DNA from: Owenia fusiformis
Taxonomy: Eukaryota
NCBI GenBank assembly: GCA_903813345.2
Contig: CAIIXF020000001.1
Coordinates: forward strand, 39,866,001-39,930,000
Length of the DNA: 64,000 nucleotides
Direction of reading: 5' to 3'
The translations under genes were made by a program, and so were the position numbers. The notes under the pieces were generated by a model, which was not told the origin of the DNA, searched no databases, and was given only the letters and a program-made list of their open reading frames with translations. Shown one piece after another: positions 41,401 to 50,400 of the stretch; position 1 is the first letter of the stretch, and every line of letters starts with the position of its first letter.

Positions 41401-44400
41401 TAGAGAAGCCATCCATGTGTCATTCAAATACCATTTGACAGATTGGGTTAAAATTTTACAGGCTGTCGCCTTATGAAGATAGGACCTCTGCACGAGAAGG
41501 AATTTTCAATATGACTGCTTGATTCAAAATGGCCACATTTTTCTTAAAAATACAATCTTTGAGAAATCAAATTCCAGTTTGACAGATTTAGTTTGCTGAT
41601 TTCTTTGCTGATTTCTTTGCTGATACCTGAGGGGCAGAGGACTCGTAAAAATATTATCTTTGTAACTCGAATATGAGTTGTTAGATTTGGTTCAGATTTC
41701 ATGTGCTTATGCCTAGAGGCATAGGACTCTTCTCAAGAAGGAATTAAAGATGGCTACTGAATTCAAAAAAGCTGCCTTTCAAGTAATACTATCTGGTTAT
41801 TATTTTTATCATGTTATGTTCAAAACGACAAGAGATATGTTGTTTTCATCGTTTAAGAATGGAGTGTTCAGTGTGAAGAGAGCTTGTGTGTACATACATA
41901 TGTTCACAAAATCATTAGATGGTAGTTGTGTGTGCGCATGGCTTAAGGTGCACGTGTTCCATTTCTAGGTGTCAGTCCAAGTGCTCCCAACAGTGCTCCC
42001 TATGTAGTGAACACTCAGGACCCTTATGCAGTGGGCATACCTCTCACAGGTCAGGCGCGCAACATGAAAGGCTCTTCATCCACATATTTCACAGCATTCA
42101 GCACTTAAAGAGCCTGTCTCTAGTTCTGCTCCTTAATAACCAAAAATGAACACAATTTTGAATTGCTAATACCAAAGTTTGATATTGGAATGGTCCTTGT
42201 CTAAGTAAAGATTTGGTCAACTATTGTACTTAACAGTCTTTTTTATGATATTTAAGAAATTCCTTATTTGGGATAATTTTAGAGACAAAAATGATTAATT
42301 TGACATTGATTGAAAGCTGCCCCATAAAATCTACTTCACACAATTTGGATGAAAAGTCTTTTTTGCTGTAACGTGTGAATCTATAGGTAGATTTCATTGT
42401 AGAGTTGCCTGTTCACAATGGGTTGCTGCTGAAGTTTCTGTAACATTCACAAAATTAACAACTTGTGGTTGGTGCCAGGTGTTTGGATTTCGGCATCTGT
42501 AACAAATGGCATGTTAATGCCTCGTTTATGAATGTTACAGAAGCTGTTGTAACAGTTCCCACTGTGCTGTTTCACATATGCATGTACCATATAATTCATT
42601 TGCTTTGGCTTGCTTTACTAACACCAATGTACTACTTACACAGAACTTTTTTTGTATTTTTTTTATTAATTTGAAAAGTAGCTCTCATATTTTCTCATAT
42701 TGTAGGCCTGTATATTGATTGTAGTTCATGTATTACATGACATCTATAGATTCCCAAACACATTTTTATGAAGACAAAATATATGTTAGATTAAGAGCAC
42801 TTATGTCCCATCTTTTAGTAGTATATGTTGCTTTGAATAGTGCACTGCTAACTAGCTTTCTTTGATAACTCGTGTTGCTTTTATTTAAATCGATTTGTTA
42901 TATAATAAACTGTAAATGTTCCATCGATTATAGAACCTCTTCAGAATACTTTTTGGTATTCCTTAATGTGCACGAATCATTGATTATTGTTTCTCTGCAT
43001 TTGAACTAGCATCCATGTCATTGTTGTCAAAATTAACACTCTTGAATACAAGAATCACAAGTTCGAGAAAATCCCCCATCTGAACCAAGGTTCTGTTCAT
43101 TCTGATGCATGTTTTTGTTTGACAATGTGGTCTAAATCATGTTTGATTTATCAGCAGGTCCAACCGCAGTGGTGCCACCACAGTACTATGGTATCCAGAC
43201 ACCATGGGGAGTTTATCCAGCTAACATAGTACAGACACAACCTGGTAAGTAGAACATTTCAACTTTCATCTTATGTATAATTGTGCCTCAAGTTCTGTTT
43301 CTACAGTGCAGTTTCTATTATATAAGTGATAACATGTAAATGAATAAAGCTTCAATTTGATTGAGTTCTGTCGTGTTGAACTTATTTAGTGTTTTGCAAT
43401 CAGTTCATTTTTTAAACTAATAATACTTTGTTTATGTCAGATTTTGTCTACAAAATAAACATTAAGATTAGACTCTCTAATTGTGCCAAGTGCAGTAGTC
43501 TTTGCGTGCTAAAACTTTCTAAGATATAAGCTAAATCCCAGCATGTTTGGTTTGTACCATTCTGATGCAGAGCTTCACACATTTTAAACTACAAAGAGGG
43601 TTTCAACAAGATATGTGTAATCATTAAATGGAAACAACAATAGGCTGACATAGGGACCTGTGCATATGAATAGGATTGATATGAAATTATGCAGTATGAG
43701 AAAATTAAGATTGTCATGTTATTTATTTGATTCTCAGGTCAGCAACAGCAGCAGCAGCAACAACCACAACAGCAACAGCAGCAAGCACAGCAGCAACAGC
43801 CAGCAATGGTGCGCAGTGGGCAAGATGGACGACCTCTAACCCCAAGTCAGCAGCAGCAACAAGATAACGTGCAGGCAAATATACAACTTCAGCCAGGTAA
43901 AAGCTTTAATACATTACAATGTCTTGTTAAGCGTAAAAGTAAACCTTAATGTTCTTGTGTACTTTATAATTTCAAAATGCTTACAGATTATACAGATTGA
44001 CTATTAAATGAGACACTTGTGAACTTCTGTGAACCAATCATATTGCATATTTTTAAGTTGTATAAAATTACTATGTTTCATTTTCTGTTAATCTGTTTTT
44101 ATTAGCAGGTGCCGGTTACCAGATCATTGCACCAGCGTACTATGACCGTAATGGGCAGCTAGTTATGGGCAATCCCCAGGGTGTTGGTACCCCAGTGAGA
44201 CTTGTCTCTCCCGCCCCCATCATTGTTAATGCAGGTGGCCAAGGTAAGAACTGCTAAAGTACTTTTGAAATAAAGTCTAAAATATGCTTCGATCAAGTTC
44301 AGTTAACTACAGTACTGAAAGAGCCAAAATAGCTGTGAGATTAGAGTCGCTGTGGTCTTTGCATCCTAAAATTCTCAAAAATAAACAGGCCGAATTCCCA

Positions 44401-47400
44401 GCAAAGTTGGCCTGTACCATTCCCAAAGTGCTTGAAATGCAAATGACCAATGCTGTGTATTTTATCAAAACTTGTTACTTGAAACTCTGCATTATGAAAT
44501 GTAATTTTAGGTAACAATGCTCTTAGGCTTCTGACCACTCAGCAACAACAGGTGCAGACCCCACCCATCAATCAGACAGCTAACTCTAACACCCAGAATA
44601 CTGGCATAGGTATGTTTAACAACTGCCCATCTCTCTCTAGACTGTGCCATATGCACTCTGTTGACAAGATACTGTGAATTTAAAGTGGCATCATGAGATG
44701 AGTTGGCACAGTTGAGGGTAAATTATTGAAAATTTGTCAAATTCATGAATAACTCTCTTGAGTTTAAGATTTGCTTGATGTGCCTGGTTGTGTGATCTTT
44801 GAGTGATAAAACATTCTCAAACAAAATGACCAAACTAATTCCCCAGCACGGTTGATCTTTACCATTCTGATGCAGAATTCGAAGTCATCCACCTGTTCCT
44901 CTTTTTCACATTCTTTAATTCTGCAAAGATTTGTCAGAATCCGTTGCTGAATAACCATAACTATAACTATAGGTGGCTACAATCCCAGCTCCAGCTTTGG
45001 TGGGTTTACTCCCAGTACCAGTAGCCTGTTAACTCCCTCTAGTAGTCTAGGCCTCACCTCTCAACCTACAGGTTTCAGCAACACTGGACTAGGAGGTCTT
45101 GGTACATCAGCTGCTCCGGGATCTATTGGCAGTTTTGGAAGCTACGAGGATAATTCACCATTCAAAGGTAAGGGAATTTAATTAGAATATTAAGTAATGT
45201 TTTTTTGAAAGTTTTTTTTGCCAATAAAAGCTTCTTTCAAGATACACAATCAGTTACTAATATTTGCATGAATCTGAGATTAGAGTCGCTTGTTGTGCCT
45301 GATTATATGGCCTTTGAGTGCTAAAACTTTCTCAGAAATAAACGTCAAGCTAAATCCCCAGCATGGCTTATCTGTACCATTCTGACGCATAGCTTTGAAC
45401 AAGTTCCTCAAAACTGGCTGCATCCTATACATACAGTAAACCACTTGTCTCATCTACAGATCAGCACTATCGCAGACTTTTTACATGAAGTCACTCTTGA
45501 AAGAAGCTTTTTGGCAGTGTTTTTTGATAAAAACTGTTTGACTAATTTTCACTAACATCATATATAAAAACGTGCTTTTCTCATACCTATTTCTAATATT
45601 TAAGTGACTGATTAGTTCAGTTTCTTGTTTTACTGCACATGTCTTTTTATTCATTCATTGGTTCATGTTCGTACATGAAACCTCACAGTTTATTGTTTTA
45701 TAATGTAAACATAACATTATGTAATGGCTTTGTCTAACACATACTGTAGTTGCAATGTCAAATGCCATGTTTCAATACAGATGTTCTTAAAGCTGAGCAA
45801 CGAATGTTGACTGTTGGACATGAGGTTAAGATTTATTAATATTTTATGTAAAAGGTTGAGTTGCAACACACAGACACATAGAATCTATTTAACCAAAAAA
45901 CTGCTAATCTGTAAAATTGTATTGAACCATGGCAAGAAACATTGTAGCTGCACCATAATTGATTTGTGTTGTCTTGACGCTTATATATCTTCTTTTGTGA
46001 ATTCTAGCCAGCCAAAGCACGAACCTATACAATGTTGATGATGGCTATAACTCCTGGCGTAAGTGCTTTGTATTTGTAGTCATAATATTGACATAAACAG
46101 TGCAGTTGTTAAACATTGCATTGTCGTATGAAAGGGATTGGGGACTTAGACTTTATCTAATAGTAAATACAGACAGGAATAATACGTTTAGAGTCTAAGA
46201 TGGTAGTGTCGAAGCTAGTGTGTAGACTATAATGCAGTTGTAGCTTAGTTAAGAGGATTTTTATGGCCACTAACCAGATCGTTACATTCTATGAGCATTT
46301 TAGGCTCCATGTTGAGCTGATTTTAGTGTCAAATTGGTTAAAACATAAGCCTCATGCAGCCATGCTTTAGCTAATGCTGAGTAAACTCTTGATTAGGTCT
46401 GGTTAGTAACTTAGTACCAGAGTTTGTAAGGAAGGGGAACTTTCAATTTATCTGAGATTAGAGTCGCTTGTTATGCTTTGTGCAGTGGCTTATGAGTGCT
46501 AAAACTTTCTCAGACATAAACTTCTAGCTTATGCCCAGCATGACTTTTTCATAGACCTGCTGACACCAAGCCTGGTACAAACAATTGTGGGCATTTATAC
46601 ATTTGTTAAGCCATTTGAACAACTAGTCTTATACTATGTAACATATGAATGGAGTATTATATGGGAAGTATTTGTGGGGATTACAGCTGATTTGACCACT
46701 TCTGTTCTGGAAAGTAATTAACTTTGTATAGAAATATAACATTTTATTCTCTCATGTGTGCCTGTTATGTAAAATTGTATGGTCAGCAATTTATAATGTG
46801 TTATATACTTTTATTTTACACTGAACACTGTACTGATTAATTATATGTGTTTGCAGGTATGTCTTCTGGTAGACGTGACTCACTGACCAAGATGCCTCAG
46901 GTGGGACAGTACTACAACAGCCTAGGTGGAGCTGCTAGCCCTGCTGGGCCCATGGGACTTGTACAACCCCCAGGCCAGTCTATCACACCTCCCCCATCTC
47001 TAACTGGATCCAACCCAAATCTAACATTTGGAGGTAAGCTATGATTTGAGATGAAATTGGTTTTATGAGATTAGAGTCGCTTGTTGGGCCTACTCCTGTG
47101 TCCTATGAGTGCTAAAATTTTCTCAGACATAAACTTCTAGCTTAATGCCCAGCATGACTTCTCCATAGACCTGCTGACACCAAGCCTGTTACAACATACA
47201 AAGGTGACTAATGTATATAGATATTTATTTGTAGCCTACTGTTTCAGATGCCAAAAACTGTTTATATTTTTGTTTTAGGAGTTGGGAGGTTCTCAGCTGC
47301 CCCTGGTGCAGAGGTGCCCAAATATAGGAATGGTTCTTTGACATCCTCTAGCATGTTCAGCAACTCACTATTTACCACCCAGCCTCAGAGGATCAAGAGG

Positions 47401-50400
47401 TAAGTCTATCAAATAGATTTTACTCCCTATTTAAATGAAGTCTGTTTACTGTTTATGAATGCTTCAAGGTGTATATATGATAAGTTACTGGTGATGAATA
47501 ATATATTTTGTAAATAATTTTAGTATATAGGTCAAGATCTGTTGTTGAGACACATGTGTTAAATCATTTAGGCAAAAACTTCATGGAGAAAAACTAAATA
47601 TAATGATAAATGATTGATTCTCAATATTGTTCATATTTACACGATTTTGTCCCCGAGAAGTTAATTGTTATACTGACTTTGTGTGCCTTTCTGCCTAAAG
47701 CAGTTTGGATCGTGACCTCAGGGGTGGTAGGAGTCAGTTGTTGGAAGATTTTCGCAACAGTCGCATTCCAAATCTTCAACTGAAAGATCTAGTCAACCGC
47801 GTTGTTGAGTTCTCTCAGGATCAACATGGTTCAAGGTAGCTGCTTACTGGGCACAAACATGTGGGGAGATTGTTAAAGGGGACCCCATGCAGAAAATCTC
47901 AAGATACTACATGTATATTTGTAATTATTTGCATTAGAGATTAGGTGATGTTTAAGTATGCACCAATACATTTTTGGTTTTAATATGTAACCATCCTGAG
48001 ATTAGCTGCAAAGGGTCTTCATATAGGATATTGTGTTGTAGGAACTTTTGTTAATGGAGTCTTGGATTGTATTGTGTTGTAGTCGTTGCCCTTCTGTATG
48101 TACAGCATGTACCGCTTTCACAATTTACACATGCAAATTACAGGTCACCTATACTGTAAGAATGCAACTGCTATGATTTTGTACTGGGCTAATGTATGAT
48201 TTGGTATTTATGTAAAATCTTTATAGTTGATCACATTGGCTGCATTTCTCTTAAAATATCATGTTATCAGTGATATATTCGAGAATCATTCCATCCGCAA
48301 TGCTTTTTATATAAACTTAGATGGAATTCCAATAATATATTATTTAGAATGCAGGCACGAGTTTGACTATAAGGATTTTACAGTATGTATGTTAGGTGTT
48401 GTGTTGGTGTAAACAGACAAGAAACCAAAACATGTTCTGTGGTGTTGTAAGCAGATCTGATTTGTAGAATATATATTTTGTTGGTGTAAGGCTACTGCAT
48501 GCTTGTATGCATTGTTACAGTGGGGCAGGGCTAGCGAAGGAGGTGGCAGGAGGGCGCAGTCGCTTGCTAGAAGATTTCCGCAACAATCGCATCCCCAATC
48601 TGCAGTTGAAGGACTTGCTTAATCATGTGGTAGAGTTCTCTCAGGACCAGCATGGTTCAAGGTAGGATAGATGTTAACAATAGAACATCAGTTTAGCATC
48701 CATAGGAATAAGACCACATGCTTTTGTTCTTGACATGTCAACATGGATGCTTTTTTCTTGATAGAGTCTATAATGAAGTAGGGTCTAAAAAAATTTCTAG
48801 CAAATAAATATGAAAAAACTTCCAAACATGATAAGGCAGCACTATTATACATGTAAATGTTGAAAATTGAATAGCTTGAACTTGACATACCAAACATTGC
48901 ATGATGAAAGAATAAATGCATTTTTATGTCCCTACCAAATGGTGTGTGGCCATATTGTCAGCTTAGGCATGCCTGTCTGTATATATCTGTCCATTGTATG
49001 TATGTCTGACTATTTTCTCCAAAAGCGAAAGCTTTACAGTTATCAGCTTCAAATTTTCAACTGATTACATTTGGGTGTTCCGTATGGAAAATTTATGAAG
49101 AGTAATCCAATGGTGGTGACATGTTGAACATGTATATGCACATGTTATTAATTGGGGAGACGGTGGCGTATTACACACATTGTATAAATGCTTGATCCAG
49201 TAAATGAACGATCAAAGTACATGTAGATAAGATGCAAGAGCATGGGTAAATGTTATGGCACAATTTCTTTTTTGTTTCATGTTGTATTGTAGCATAATGA
49301 GTAGCTTGGAACACCAATGCTTTATGTGTGGGTCTTATCTTAATTCATGTTTGTGTATAAACTTAGCTCCAAACTTATTTTAAAACACTTTGATATTTCT
49401 CAAAATAAAATTAAATTGTCAATGTTAACTTGCATGTTAATTTTCTAAAAATTACTAAGATACAAAAATGATAATTTTCTTTACTATTAACAATTTAACC
49501 TGTTTTTATCACATCATTCATCCCTATCCTTGTTAGAATGTTCAAGCAGACAAATATCCCATGTATCTTGTCTTTCAAACTCATTGGTAACCATTTCCAC
49601 TGATCTCTTAACATTATTAACATTTCACGATTCTGAATCTACCTATACCCCATAACATCAACATGCTACCTGTTTTAATCGATTGCTCATCCACAATGAA
49701 GAAATGAATCTTATATGAACAACTTCTGTATTCTAGATTCATCCAGCAGAAACTAGAGCGTGCTACTCCCTCAGAGAAAACCATGGTGTTTGGAGAGATC
49801 CTGACAGCCGCCTATAGTCTCATGACTGACGTCTTTGGCAATTATGTCATCCAGAAGTTCTTTGAGTTTGGTACTCCTGAGCAGAAACAAACGCTTGCTC
49901 AGAGAGTACGAGGTCATGTGCTACCACTGGCTCTACAGATGTATGGTTGCAGAGTTATACAGAAGGCCCTGGAGTCTATCCCACCAGAGATGCAGGTACA
50001 TATTCTCATTATATAAGTAGATTTCATGAATATTTCTGGGATTAGGGTCGCTTGTAGCACATCAGGCTGTGGGCTAATGTGTGCCTAAGATTTCTTCGAC
50101 ATGAATTTCTAGCTTAATGCCCAGCATGACCTCTACATACACATGCTGACACCAAACCTGATAAATGATATTCCAAATTGAAACTTACGATGTTAAATCA
50201 GTGGCTTTTTTCTTTTGCCCATTTTCATTGTAATCACAAAAATAGGAACAGATCCTAGATACTGGATCAAAGATTAGGCTTTATAAATCTGGTTGATATA
50301 AACATGAACTACATAGGTATTTATATTGAAACAATAAATATATTATTGCCATGCATTATGTTGTGTTGTAGGTTGAGATTGTGAAGGAGCTAGATGGACA

